A DNA stretch of 64,000 nucleotides, the filler included, from Basidiobolus ranarum (lineage: Eukaryota): NCBI GenBank assembly GCA_040143965.1. It is 4 parts of 4 records of this genome, joined end to end, with 100 filler letters (N's around TTAATTAATTAA, not from the genome) between each part and the next. Parts side by side here need not be neighbours in the genome. Positions count along the whole stretch, not along the records: positions 17,026 to 33,902 come from JASJQH010007201.1; positions 34,003 to 50,865 come from JASJQH010007202.1; 2 more parts are not named here. One strand, 5' to 3'. The position numbers were made by a program, and so were the translations under genes. Below, one piece after another: positions 25,901-39,941 of the stretch. Under the pieces are notes generated by a model. That model searched no databases. It saw only the letters and a program-made list of their open reading frames with translations, and was not told the DNA's origin. Within the stretch, counting starts at the first letter, position 1; each line of letters starts with the position of its first letter.

Positions 25901-26540
25901 GTGTATACTTGAAATATTCTACCATGGTTTATTCGACCGAACATGCTTGTTCCCAGTGTGTACAAAACGTAGTCTGATCATTGGAATATTGTCGAGCCGA
26001 CTCAACCTTCTACTCCAGTCCATATGGCCCTTGAGCAAAGACACTATCCGTACTTCCCTACCAATGCTTCTACCAATACAATGTATACATTTCATTTCGA
26101 TGTTGCTTCCCAGGATTGTGTTTATTGTTGCCAACATGGTTGTTCTCAGGTTACGTTGTCCACTAGGTTGAACAGTCCTATCCAAGTCACGTCCTGAAGC
26201 ATGACCATCAGATGTTTCAAAATATCCGCCAATCAACGCTGAGTTCTCGCAATCCCTAGGTCCTCGTTATTCCCACAGTCATTTACAAATTGGGCCCATT
26301 GTTTTTGATCTCAATCAAGCTTTATGTTGAAAACTGGTGACTATCAATACGTATCTAATGGGTTCTCACGGTAGCCTCCTGATTATTCTGAGGGGTATAT
26401 ATTGGTATGGTTCTGTCCTTTACCAAGTAAAGCTCAGTCATTCCTGTTCCATCTCCAACACTCTTGAAAGTTTAAGTTTGGGAGATCGTTACTGAGTATT
26501 TTATATCTTCTTGAATCACTTGCTTATTTTGTGTCTTGCT

Positions 26541-28347
26541 ATGCTCTCCAAAGTTACCACGGTCGGGGCCAAACGTGTCCTCGCTAGGAATGCTCTGAAT
26601 TCGATAGCCAAATCTTCCGCCTCTTTCAAATATTCTACCGCAGTACATAGTCAAGTTTTTGAAAAGTTGGAGCTAGAGGAGGAGAATCCTGGTGTATTTA
26701 ACGGACGTTGGTTCGCAAGTGGCCCCGTTGTCAAGTCAGTAAACCCCTCTACCAATGAAGTAATTGGATCGGTCAGAACGGTAAACTATCCATAGTCTTG
26801 AATGAGTTTGCTTAAGGTGGTAATCTAATGATATCAATTATAGGGTACCGTTGCTGATTTAGACGAAACTCTCAAGGCAACTGAAGAAGCTAAACTCATC
26901 TGGAGAGACGTATGTCATTCAGCAACTCTTTAAATATCAAATATACATTGAAATTTAACCTTTCATTTCATTACAGCTTCCAGTCCCTAAGCGTGGTGAA
27001 ATAGTACGTCAGATGAGGGTGGCTTTGAACGATAAAATCAACGATCTTGGTTACCTCGTATCTCTAGAAATGGGTAAAATTCTCCCTGAAGGCGTTGGTG
27101 AAGTTCAAGAATATATTGATATTGCTGATTATGCCGTCGGCTTGAGTAGAATGATCAACGGCAAGGTAATTCCTTCCGAGAGACCTGGTCATTTTATGAT
27201 GGAACAATGGAATCCACTTGGTACCGTTGGAGTAATTTCCGCATTCAACTTTCCAGTGGCTGTTTACGGTTGGAATAGTGCTCTTTCACTAGTGTGTGGT
27301 AATCCAGTCATTTGGAAAGGTGCCCCAACTACCAATTTGACCTCCGTAGCCGTAACCAAAATTCTCCAGAAAGTACTTGAAAAAAATAACCTTCCCGGAG
27401 CAGTATGCTCCTTAGTATGTGGTGGAGCTGACGTTGGCCAAGCAATGGCTGAAGACCAAAGAATCGATTTACTCTCATTCACAGGCAGCACTAATATCGG
27501 CCGTCAAGTTGGAATGACAGTTCAAAACAGATTTGGTCGTTCTTTACTTGAACTTGGTGGTAATAATGCTATCATAGTAATGGATGATGCCGATATTGAT
27601 TTAGCTGTTCGTTCTATTCTCTTCGCCGCTGTTGGAACAGCAGGTCAGAGATGTACCACTACCAGACGTCTCTTCCTCCACGAAAAGGTTCACGACCAAT
27701 TCATTGAGAAGATGTTGAAGGCATATGAACAAGTTACAGTAGGAGATCCATTGAAAGATAACATCTTATGCGGTCCTTTGCATACCAAGAATGCCGTAGA
27801 GCAATTCAAGAAAGGCATTGCTGAAGTGAAAGCTCAAGGAGGTAAAATTTTAATCGGTGGCAAAGCTTTGGAGGATAGACCTGGAAATTTCGTCACCCCT
27901 ACAGTCACTAGTATTTCTCCAGATGCTCCTGTCGTGCAAAATGAGATATTCGCTCCTATCCTCCATACTCACAAGTTCAGCACCATTGAGGAGGCTATAA
28001 AACTGAATAATGCTGTGCGCCAAGGACTTAGCAGCAGTATGTTTACTACAAATCCTGCCAACATATTCAAATGGACAGGGTAAGCAACACATTCACATTC
28101 TATTTAGTACCTATTGTTAACATTGGTCACTTTTTTCTTTAGTCCTTCTGGCTCTGACTGCGGTATTGTTAATGTAAACATTCCTACCAACGGAGCTGAG
28201 ATTGGTGGCGCTTTTGGAGGAGAGAAGGAAACTGGCGGTGGACGTGAGTCTGGCTCAGATGCATGGCAACAGTATATGAGAAGACAAACTTGTACTATTA
28301 ATTACAGTGGTAAACTACCACTGGCCCAGGGAATTACTTTCGGTTAA
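26541..28347 (+). CDS. ALDH7A1: Aldehyde dehydrogenase family 7 (antiquitin / alpha-aminoadipic semialdehyde dehydrogenase); introns 26781-26842, 26910-26976, 28080-28142
   Basis: [74 protein letters not shown]. Confidence 0.95.
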
Positions 28348-28786
28348 GGGTGAAAGTAAATTTATGTCATCTATTCATAAGAAAGATACTTCTTTTCATC
28401 TGCACCTCTTCAATGTACAATTCAAGAAAATCAATTATCAGTAAGATTTCAAAGAAAACATTAAAATCCATTTCCCCACTCATACAGTGTGTCTAGAAGT
28501 ACTTGAAATACATTGCGCGATAGTTAAGGGTTTTCATTTGTAATGAGAAGAATAGAAAAAAATAGAACAAGTCGAACATTCAAGCACGTCTCTTCAGCGA
28601 CTATCTGTACAAAATCCGAATGGTACACAACGATAATCAGGATAAAAGTAAGCTAGATGGTTGGACAACAAGCCCAAAGAATTTACTAAGATGAAAATAA
28701 AAACTTGAAGAAACACCCTCATTGAAGGCAAACATTGGCGTAAAAACACAATCTAGTTGGGCAACTATCACCATTTCATACAGGTC

Positions 28787-31450
28787 TTAGAACACAAACC
28801 GATCAAAATGTACTTCTAAAGATCTACCGGCAAGTAGAAATCCATTGAGACGTTGGACTGCGACATGAGCGTCTATCGATGAGCAATATCGAACAATTCC
28901 TATGCCTTTTGATTTTCCATTGACCTCGAAGATTTCTGCTCGGCTAACCGGACCTATCTGTGAAAATAGGTGCCGGAGTTCTTGCCAGTGTATGGAATAC
29001 GGAAGCTGGAAATACTAATGCGTGAGAAGATAGATTCCTAGTACTTATTCATCTAATTTGACTCACATTTCTAACAAATACTTGAGTTGCGCTAGATGCA
29101 ATTGGGTTGGCTTGATGGGAAAGGGTGTACGGGCTGACAGAAGGTAGTGAATGCGACTGATTTGACGGCATCATATCTTGAAATGTCGGTGAATGCAAAA
29201 GCCCCTGCACCGATGAAAGTCTGGATATGTTCATGAAATCGGTTGTCTTGGAGTCCAATGAAAGAGAGGGAGGGAATACAAAGGACTCATTGCTGTGGTT
29301 AAGTGAATTCAAAACAGGACTCCTAAAATGCGAATATGATGGAATGAAATGAGGGTTTGAATGAATTTGGCTAGATGACAAATGATGAAAGTTGCTTTGC
29401 ATAGGACCAAAGTTTTTGTGGCCTATCGGAGGTTGATGCGAAAGGATAAAGGAAGGACTGGGTCGTCGTTGTATCGGTATGTTGGAGTATGTAGAGCACT
29501 TGTGGAATTGAACATGCAACGTGCGTCCATTGATTTGAAACCCGTTATACATTGCTATGTTCAAACAAATTCAGAAGCGCATTATAATAGCAGCGAAAAG
29601 TAAATACAACCAACCAATTGCTTTACGAGCATCCTCTGGTGCCGCAAACAAAACGGTACCAAAACCACGGCTCTTGCCATCAAATGACACAGCAATATCA
29701 GCTCTTAATACAGTTCCAGCACTTCTAAAAAGATCTTTCAAATTTTGCCATCGACATTGGAATGGAAGCTGTTGAAAGAAGTAATTAAGTTCCAAGCAAG
29801 AATCTTTTCCAAGAGGAAGTGTAGTAGACTTACATTACCGACAAATATTTGGCGTTCGTTGGGATTGATCATTGCCAGTCCATTCTATAATAATTACATC
29901 AATTATGGGCTGATGAGTGACTTATTGAGGAGTGCCAAAAGCTTACCGATATATTCTCAAGATCCTCTGCGTTAATCAAAGGAGTCACACGATATTCAAC
30001 ATAGCCACGGTCCTCCCTAACTTCCAAAGTACGGCCATACCATGTATATCCGTTGAGCATATCTGCGAATAAAGTCAATTACCAAGGTTATCCGGTACTA
30101 GCTAGCCCTAAGCTCTATTGCTTACCAACTGCATTCTGCGCATCCTCAACGGTGGCGAATAGTACAGTGCAATGCCCTTTGGGGCGGTTCTCTTGCGTTA
30201 ATCCAAGATCAGCGCGAAGCACATTGCCTGGTGATTATAGAGCATTTGAGTATGGATTTGACGAACTACAAACGAGAAACAGACAGCCACTTACCGGCCT
30301 TCCGAAATAGGTCTTTGACTTCCTTCCACTGAACACGAAACGGTAACTGATAGTATAAAGAATACCATAAGGAGCTGCTTATAATAGAGTATGACAGCGA
30401 TAAACTTACATTGCCGACAAATATCTGGCGAACTTCAATCGGCTTGGAATACTGAACAAGAGAGGTTGCAGAAGAAAATACATCGGTTGCCGACCCACTT
30501 TCATTGGTGATAGATGAGTCTCTAGACTTGTTAGTTCCAAAGGGGTTGAAATGATACATAGTGGCCTTGTTGCTTAGTCTTTCGAGCTCAAACGAGCGAT
30601 CCTAGAACATAATAGTTTTGAATAATAGAAATGATACAGTTACAGTAGCATCGTTGAAGTAAAAGCTTTGCGATTTCCAGAATACCACGGTATTTACCAT
30701 GTAAAACGAAGTAGAATCAATTGGGTCTACGGGGAAATCAAACAAACTTCGATCCTTTGAGAGTAGTCCAAAGACAAAACTGAAATGTCAATGCATATTT
30801 AACGAATCAAGTGCTGATGAGGACTTACTTCGCGGACCTCGATAAAACGTCCATACCATTGAAAACCATTTAATTGAACTAAAATAAACAATTAATTAAT
30901 TTCGTGAATAAAATCCAACTTGGACCTGCACCAATCGGCGATTATAAACCACAATTAAATATGCCAAATAACAAATAATACCTAAAGCAGCTTGAGCGTC
31001 CTCAGGTTGGGCAAAGACAACAGTTCCACATCCCTGAGAGGTGCCGTTCGGAGACAGCATAATGTCCGCCCTCGTAACTGTTCCAAATTGCCTAAATAAA
31101 TCCTAGTATATAACGTTACTAACTGCGAAATACAGAAGGGTCGTGTGCTTCTTATAAAGAAGTATTAGCAAGCCCGGTAGAGGGAAATTAAGTTTGAACC
31201 TTTAAATCTTGCCAAGCGACTGCAAATAAGGAGACAGGTAATAGCATTAGAATGAACTGAGGGAAGAGAAGCATTATATTCGGGGTAGCGCATAGTTTCA
31301 CCTCCCCGGATTTTTTGAGAAAGTTTTATTCACCTTTATATGGTATCTGGAGTTGGAAGAGGAGAAATGTTAAACTTGGCTGAGGAGACAAATGCTGGAA
31401 TGTGCACATACGTTTCCCACAAACAAACGTCGTTCCTCTAAACTATTCAT
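28787..31450 (-). CDS. Four-RRM RNA-binding protein (GBP2/HRB1/hnRNP M-like), many short exons
   Basis: Four repeats of (L/I/V)FV(G/R)N-(I/L)P...WQ.LKDLF..AG.V.RADI...G.S.G.G.V.F...A..A...NG....GR.L.V from ATG 31450 to TAA 28787-28789. Confidence 0.85.
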
Positions 31451-33383
31451 TTTGACGACCAGACCTGAGTATTTTTAATTGGAATAGACGGAGTCTTGAG
31501 AATATTTGCAAGTCTGGTCCTCAGGCTTCTCTTTTCAAACAGCCAAGAGAATTCGTCAACGTTAAAGGAACAAGTAGCTACGTTGAACCGAATCACTAAA
31601 ATTATTGCTCGGTCACACAAATTCGCTGACTACAAATCCTTCAAAAATTAGATATCGAAAAAAATAAGCAACCGATTGGGAGACAATCTACCCCACAAAA
31701 ATAGATACGATATCAAGCAAGACATATCATAGCTAGGTTGATCAACGAGATGACCTTCACTGCTCCCGCTCAAAAATTGCCCAAACGACTCGAGCTACAC
31801 CTGGTATTCCGTCCTAGATTAATCCAAATTAGCATAAAATTATTTATTTACACTTTGGGAATGAAGGGCTCCCATTGGTCCCACATCAGCCCTTTGGCTA
31901 CTACCGTGGGGGTTCCAGTTGCAACTGTATTTGCCCCATAGGAATTGCATCAAGATAGATTTGTAGATCACCAGCATCGAGTACTTTGTCGGGATGAGGG
32001 CTGTATATTCCAACAGACACGCTGTTTGTTACTTCGAATGAGTTGTTCACTGCGAAGATTTGTATTACTAATCAACATCCTGCATTTGATTTACCCATTG
32101 AAGTTCAACAACATCCATCACCAAGTGCTGAATGAAAACCCAACTAGGCTGATTATTAGTAGCATAAAGAGTGCAGGTTTTATCAGGTTTTGGAGAAAGA
32201 ATAATGGCCTAGGTCTTGGTATATTTGGAGATATCAACGAGAATCTTTACTTTACCGTATCCTATAATATCTAGGCCGATGAGAGAAAGGTATTTTTATA
32301 CAGTAGAATATTAATACGTGGCTTTCTTTCAATCACACAGTATAGATCTCGGTAGTAAGACCATTATCGACGTTTAACTTTGAATCTCTTTAATCTCCAA
32401 CCTGTGTTATTGCCCTATCTCCTTTTCCCGCTCATAATCAACTTCCCAGGTTGTATAATCATTACCGAAGGTCTTGAAATGCGACATTACAAGCAATGTT
32501 ATATCGTAAATTAGCATCTGTCTCTTCAAACTTAAAGGTTGCAAGGATCAGGAAATTGTGAACCTCACACAGGCAACTCTCATTATTTTCGGCTTTATTA
32601 ACAATAACGCTGCATTTTTCAATCCAGAGATTAACTGTGCATGACAAAGAATTACTCGCGTAATCTATTACCTTTCATTCAATTTCACTCTCTGGTTCAT
32701 GCTTTAAAGCTGGTTTCTCAAAGTGAGCTGCAAGCCTGTGGTGTATTAACAATCAGGTTACTGTTGAATTTTTGGAAGTGTATACGTCCAAGTTGTTACA
32801 ACAAGATTATTACCCTCCTTGCACTTGATAAAAGGCCTTGTCCTAAAGATATATAACTCCGATGCCAGAGAAATGACTAAAAACAGTATTGATCACAGGG
32901 ATTTAATGATAGATAAGATGTTCAAGAGTCATTGTTTGTATGTAGCGGGAGAAAATCTTGAACTTGGTCAAGTTCCAGCACGTAATTAATCCGTTTCCTG
33001 CGGGTAGAGCTTGGCTATTTTTGAATATGTGTATTTATGTGTCTGAGTCAAAGTCGTTCCCTCTAGTCACAAGTTCAAATTGCTTTTTAACAGAGATATG
33101 GGGTTTGACAATCAAATAATCTCAATCTTCGACATAGTCATTGAAACATTAAGACTATCCCTGATGAAATACATCATGACACTCTCATTTTATTTTCTAT
33201 GCCTGGGAGCAATGACTTTATATATAGAGACAACTTGCGATACTCTTTTAGTTGCCCCATTCTTAACAGAATATGGTGACTTCTATAGCAGAGAGGTAAA
33301 TTAATTGTTTGAGATATCCAGATATTTGTATTGCTAAGGGAATTGTGAAGTACCTGAAATGGATACAATTCTTACCATTATTA

Positions 33384-33456
33384 TGTTGAAATTAGCATTG
33401 CCTAAACACCTATATAGTCATATATAGCTTAGTACTTAGTTATATTATAATTCACT
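33384..33456 (+). mobile_element. 5' portion of a copia LTR interrupted by a nested element
   Basis: TGTTGAAATTAGCATTGCCTAAACACC... matches the LTR start and stops abruptly at ...TTCACT where the next LTR begins. Confidence 0.8.
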
Positions 33457-33902
33457 TGTTAAAGTATTTGGGAGCCTGTTGGAAGTGGTTTGGAGGATTA
33501 GAAGAATTGGTGATTTTCACTTATTCATTTATTGAGTAGAAAGTTGACATTTATAGTTTTGTCAAGATGTAAACAAACTAACATGTAGAATGTGTTAAGG
33601 AAGGTCCCAGGAACATGTGTACAAAGTTTGGGGCTTCTAGCACAAGTTTCAAAAATCCATATATCTGAGAACTTCTAAGTTGGTAAAAATAATCCAAGTA
33701 AGTTTCAATTGAGAATAATGGATAATATCTTAGTAGATTATAAGATAATTAAGTACTAAGCTATATATGACTATATAGGTGCTTAGGCAAAGCTAATTTC
33801 AACACTCTCCCTCAACTAAATAGTCATATAAACTAATCCTAATAAAGGTCTAAATTTCTCAAATTTCTGTCTAGCTAATGGTTTGGTTAATATATCAGCA
33901 AT
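33457..33902 (-). mobile_element. 3' end of Ty1/copia element: RNase H C-terminus (33816-33902), PPT (33805-33815), 3' LTR (33457-33804)
   Basis: IADILTKPLARQKFEKFRPLLGLV (copia ADxxTKPL motif), then TTGAGGGAGAG immediately followed by TGTTG. Confidence 0.92.
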
Positions 33903-34002
33903 NNNNNNNNNNNNNNNNNNNNNNNNNNNNNNNNNNNNNNNNNNNNTTAATTAATTAANNNNNNNNNNNNNNNNNNNNNNNNNNNNNNNNNNNNNNNNNN
34001 NN
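33903..34002. other. Artificial contig linker
   Basis: 44 N + TTAATTAATTAA + 44 N. Confidence 0.98.
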
Positions 34003-35336
34003 CAACATATCGAATACTTCCTCGTATATCTTCTCACCTTGGCCGTAACCATGAGCCCAATTATTACCAGCTCCACTTCCATCTTTAGAAACAAATATGT
34101 TTTCTGGATTGTAGAGATTCGCAAATGCCGAAGTAGTAATATTGTTGATAACCTATACTCAAAATTTAAAGTAAGTTCTTTCCGGATTTGAAAGTGATAA
34201 GCTACTTATGCACTAACTCTAGGCTCTAAATCGACCAATATAGCTCTAGGTATGTAATGTTCGTCGTCAGCCTAAATTGATTGAAGTCTAAGTTAAACTC
34301 ATCTTTATAAGAAATTAGAGAGACTCTAAGAACCTGATAGAAAAACACATCCTTTCTGTCAACTCCCTCCACAGCAAAATCTTCAAGAATGCCATCCTTG
34401 TTTATACCATGTTCGGCACAAAGTTGAGACCAAAATTCTACTCCAACTAAGACGCAAGGTGAATAATTACGTATTTCATTGCATCAAAAGGACAATACTG
34501 CATACTTTGGTTACCGCATTGGCCGGCTTGGATAGTGATAATTTCGCGAGGCATTATACTTTGCTCGTTGAAGAGGTTGACAACGAGTAGAAATACCAGC
34601 ACTGTTGTGACGATTCATCTGTCTACCAATAGACTTGTTTTCGCATACAAACATTCATCTAGTTTTACTCATTGAGCATTAACCAATCCGAATCTTTACT
34701 TTAATTGGACCAGATCTGAGCACTCGATATTTGTTTCGGATGGAGAAAAGCATAGAATTTCAAGCGCAACAGAGTGAATCTATGACTGCAAAATTACTAT
34801 CTTCGGATCTGACTCTTCGCTATTCTGGACTGAACTCACCAGAAAGCTCAATATATACATTTACGATCAATAAATGAAGACAATTAATTAATTCGGTAAA
34901 ACAGGATTCGTGAGATTGAAATAAACATTACTGTCAAACACTTATTACTAGTCAACATCTTTCCAATCAACCAATCACAATGACTCTTGCCAAGTTCTTG
35001 GAGGAAGAACTAACTTGCAAACTTAATAAACCAACCAGTGATTTCTCTTGTGATCAGTTTTGTTTGTGCTTATTTTGTTTCATTGAATACTTAAACAGGA
35101 ATTGGATTGTATTTCTTTAGTATCATACATTCTCCACTCCGTAAACTCTCAAAACGAAAGTAGTAGTTCACTGTTTAACCATTTCCCCTCCATTATCATT
35201 GATAAGGTACTTTATAAAATAAGTTCATGAGGTTTCTTTTGTACTTTTGACCACGTATTTCTATGGTCTTGTTGCATCACACGTAGTTACAATTGTATTT
35301 ACTCAATAATTGACTGTACCATTTACAGGAACCTCT

Positions 35337-36127
<791 letters not shown>

Positions 36128-36803
36128 GAAAGTTGATAATATGTGTAATGTATTTCATGTGTGATATATAAGATATTCCTCTACTATGAAATGATTTCTA
36201 CCCTTGAACTACCCATCATTCATTTTTATCTTCATAAGATAAATTCTTGATCATTTCGTAATTGGTTTACTAAATAGTTTGAACGCTTGATAAATATTCA
36301 CGTTTAACTTTGAGAATCTTTTGGTAACCATTGACACTTCACTTCTAGTCAATAAATCGATTCTTAACCTATCTCTGCCGAATATCATTTCGGAGATGCC
36401 GATATGCTTGGAGGCTGCCCATGGCTATTGCCGTTACTTGCCACTAATGATGGATTTAGAAAGATTCTTTAGATAAGTGGTTTTTTCATCAATGGAGTAA
36501 ACAGTAAGCATTGGCGTCTGGAGATGTGATGGAAGGTTGTAGGGTGTAGCAGCACTGAAAAAGGACCATTTGTCCAACAATAACGATATTTATGTGAAAG
36601 GCGTTGATTTAAGATAGGATGATTTATTTACAGAGCTAGCATCTGATGAGGAAAGACTACCATTGGGATTACTCTCCAAGACCTCAATGAGATATCTGAC
36701 CTTCATTGTTAATATACAATCATCGTGAATTTCATATCAAGATGAATATGAAAAATAGGCTATATGGTTGTGAGATGATTCATCCTCTTTTTACTGGTGC
36801 GGC

Positions 36804-38875
36804 TTAGCTTCGTCTCAACCAATTCCAATTCCAGTTTGTTATTCTCCGAGCTATACCTGATCTCCCAGATGTTAGGCCAGGTGAGTTTCCATTGTTAATA
36901 TGAATGATCTCCAATCCAGATGTCGAGTTTTCTAGCATGATCGAGGGTACCGCTTGACGTCGTTGTGATGGTGTCTGGCGCTCTAGAAGCTGGCGACGTC
37001 GCAACGAATGGGATGTAACGGAAATTCGGCTCTCTATGGGTCCTAGTAAAAAGAAATAACTGGATTTGGGGTTGGTTAAGAGGGATTTGGAAATCGATAT
37101 TTAGCAAATTTCATCACATACCCTATGACAACATAATCTACGCAACGAAGTAGTTGCCATGAAATCTGATGGACATAGCTCAGCGACAACGGTAAAATAA
37201 GGTAATCCACCAATTGTACCTAAATCAGATTTTGCAACATAAGCTATGGTTGGTTAACAAGTACTAATATTGTTTCCTACTATAAAAGAGACAAATCCAA
37301 AACATAGCACGATTCGACATGTCCATCTGAAAATGTTCAACAAAACCCTTCAATACTTATAGTAATTAACAGAAAGGATGAAATTAGAGCTTACAAGATC
37401 AATTGGAATTTGTTAACATATGCCTTGACCAGTAGCTCTGTCGAAGATTTCTCTCGGAGTTTGCGAATGTAGAATCGTAATAATTTAAGGTGGATACGAG
37501 AGTTCCAATACACATAAAAGTAAGTAATAAAGTAGAAAACAGATACGGCCGCCTAGTTCATAACACTTAGTTAGCAGTGCCTCAGTAAAAGAAGCGTGGG
37601 ATATACCTACTACTGTAGCCCCGCCTATAATTTGTTGGGAAGCCTCTGCTGCTGCAACAAACAATGCAACACCTACATGGTTGTCAAAGAATAGTCAGCG
37701 TTAGGTACATTGGAATCGGACTGTCGATATCTCCATACCAAAGATGACTCTATTTTCTTGCGAAGTGAGTTTCATACGAGTGATCCCATAGCCTTTGGAA
37801 ATCGCTAGTCGGAACAGGAAATACAAGTAGGAGGTAGCAAACACTAAGAACCCTCTGAATACTTCCAACCAGCCAGGGTTTTCTCCTTCGATAAAGCCAT
37901 GTTGATAAGGTACATCATATGAATGCCATTTTAATCTAAGTTGATACCTATTTGCGACATATAGCTGAAGGCAAATGCGCTGAATAAACAGAAAAGTATT
38001 TGCAACACTGGGTACAACGAGAGAAGCCAATGGATGGTGATTTTCATCTATCGGGATTCGTAAAACGATGATCAGAGAATGGTATATGATGAACAGAGTC
38101 ATATACTGACCTCGCGATGCTTATACCAATTGATAATCCAGGGAAGGAGAATCAAAGGCCATATTCCAAGCCCAAACACTAAATATATTGTTGGCAATGG
38201 GACGGAGCAGATCGGCAAATGCGTGATTCTCCCATCAATGATATTGAAGAATGATCCATAAACCTTTCACAAACAAGTTTAGTTCCTAGAACCTAATTCA
38301 GATAGACAAGGAATGGTCGTATAGTTACCGAAAACTTCACTCCAATACCACCGCAATTCAGGAATAGTATGTTGTATGCACCAGGAGCGCGAATCGTGAA
38401 AGTTATAGCAGGGTCACCGATATTCAGTGGGTTTCGTAATTTTTCAAGTTTAAAAGTGTCAAAATACAGAGTACTTTCTCCCCAATAGGAACTATTTATC
38501 GCACAATAGTTTTGGCCCCAAGAGTGGGACATATCAATCATCTATTTCATATTGGTGAGTATATAGCCTGGCAACATGGGTAAGCACTATGTTATAACTT
38601 ACAGTCGACCAATCTTTCCGCTCTACTACAATGACCTTGAAAAATCGATCATAGCCATTTTCGGGAATGCCAATGAAATTACCCATGCTAAGACGTCCTT
38701 GTCCGCCTTCGCCGAAAGCGAATTGTGTTAGAAAATAAGGATCTTGATGGCTGAAAAGAGCTACCTTAGAGGGAGATATGATAATAGCCTCGCTTGGTAT
38801 GATGATTGACAGGGAAACAATCAATATCACAGTTGAGAAGACCTCTGGCCAATAAGGGTTCCGTCTTCTGTACAT
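36804..38875 (-). CDS. GPR107/GPR108-like (LUSTR/GOST) seven-transmembrane protein, multi-exon
   Basis: Signal peptide; luminal domain with FAFGEGG and YNILFLNC; HLPICSVPLPTIY before TM1; ISKGYGITRMKLTSQENRVIF loop; further TM exons. The 3' exon boundaries are approximate. Confidence 0.6.
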
Positions 38876-39941
38876 ATTTAGTTGCTGTCACTAGTGTAAG
38901 AAGAAAGATTCAGGATTCGGCCCAAAATGCTTTGACGTTGGCCGATACAGTAACTCAGTTGAACTCTGAACCTGCTTGAATGGTATTCCTCTGTAAGCCA
39001 ACTCCTAGCCTTGTCTTCAGATCGAAATATTAAACGATTGGGATCAAAAGACCAAGGGCTGACAGAGTGTAGATTCGCCTTTGATCTACTATGAGGTAGG
39101 TAAAGCATCATGATCCATAAATAGTGAATAATTGCTCTTTACCGCGTATAAAACGAATATGAACAGATCTGAATGATCCCTAGTCGATCAGGTCTTTCAA
39201 AATGATCTTTGTTTCCCAGTTGAGGATGGCCATCGATGGTATTCTTTCAACATTCAATCGTATAATCTGAACATAATTCCACTGTAGTTGGGGATCGTTG
39301 ATTTGCCAAGATGGCTGAAGTATCGGGCGATTGTTCGATGTAAAGATACAATTACCAATTGCTTATTCCATTTGTTTGGCTTGAAACAATGACCTTCAAC
39401 CTATTCATTGATGACACTGATGATTCATCATGTGGTATGCTAATAAGTGGTATCAGAGACTGCATATTATTGTGATGTAACAATTCTAGTTGCAGGCTGC
39501 ATCTATGTGACTGTCAGTCACTCTTGAGCCCGAGGCTTGGGGGCATTCGGCCAGAGCGTAACGATTATATACATTTGGCCCTTAACGATATCTGGGGCAA
39601 TGGGCCTCGAATTCTAGTTGATTCAAAGCGATCTGCTGCAGTAGCAGGCTGAACTTGTGACAACAAGTTTCCATTTTCTCTTGTAAATGCATGTTTTCAT
39701 CAAAAATACGAATAATGGGTGCGAAAGCCCATAACCCCAATGCACGAGCCATGGCTCTACAGGGACAAAGGACGAATAGGCATTGGTAAAATTTCAAAAT
39801 GGCTTTATAATTGGATGAAAATGGTAATCAAGGCAGGCAATCAATGACTAAATGATGCTACACTAACTAGCTCATTAATCGCAAATGCATTACTTGGCTG
39901 CGATTATGAGAATAAAGATACGTTTCGAAATAGAAAAAAGA

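Noticed and set aside
30890-30980. Intron-retention frame in the RRM gene ending VYNRRLVQVQVG (beta-4-like)
   Set aside because: The proper RRM1 terminal exon exists at ~30829-30878; the resemblance is probably chance.
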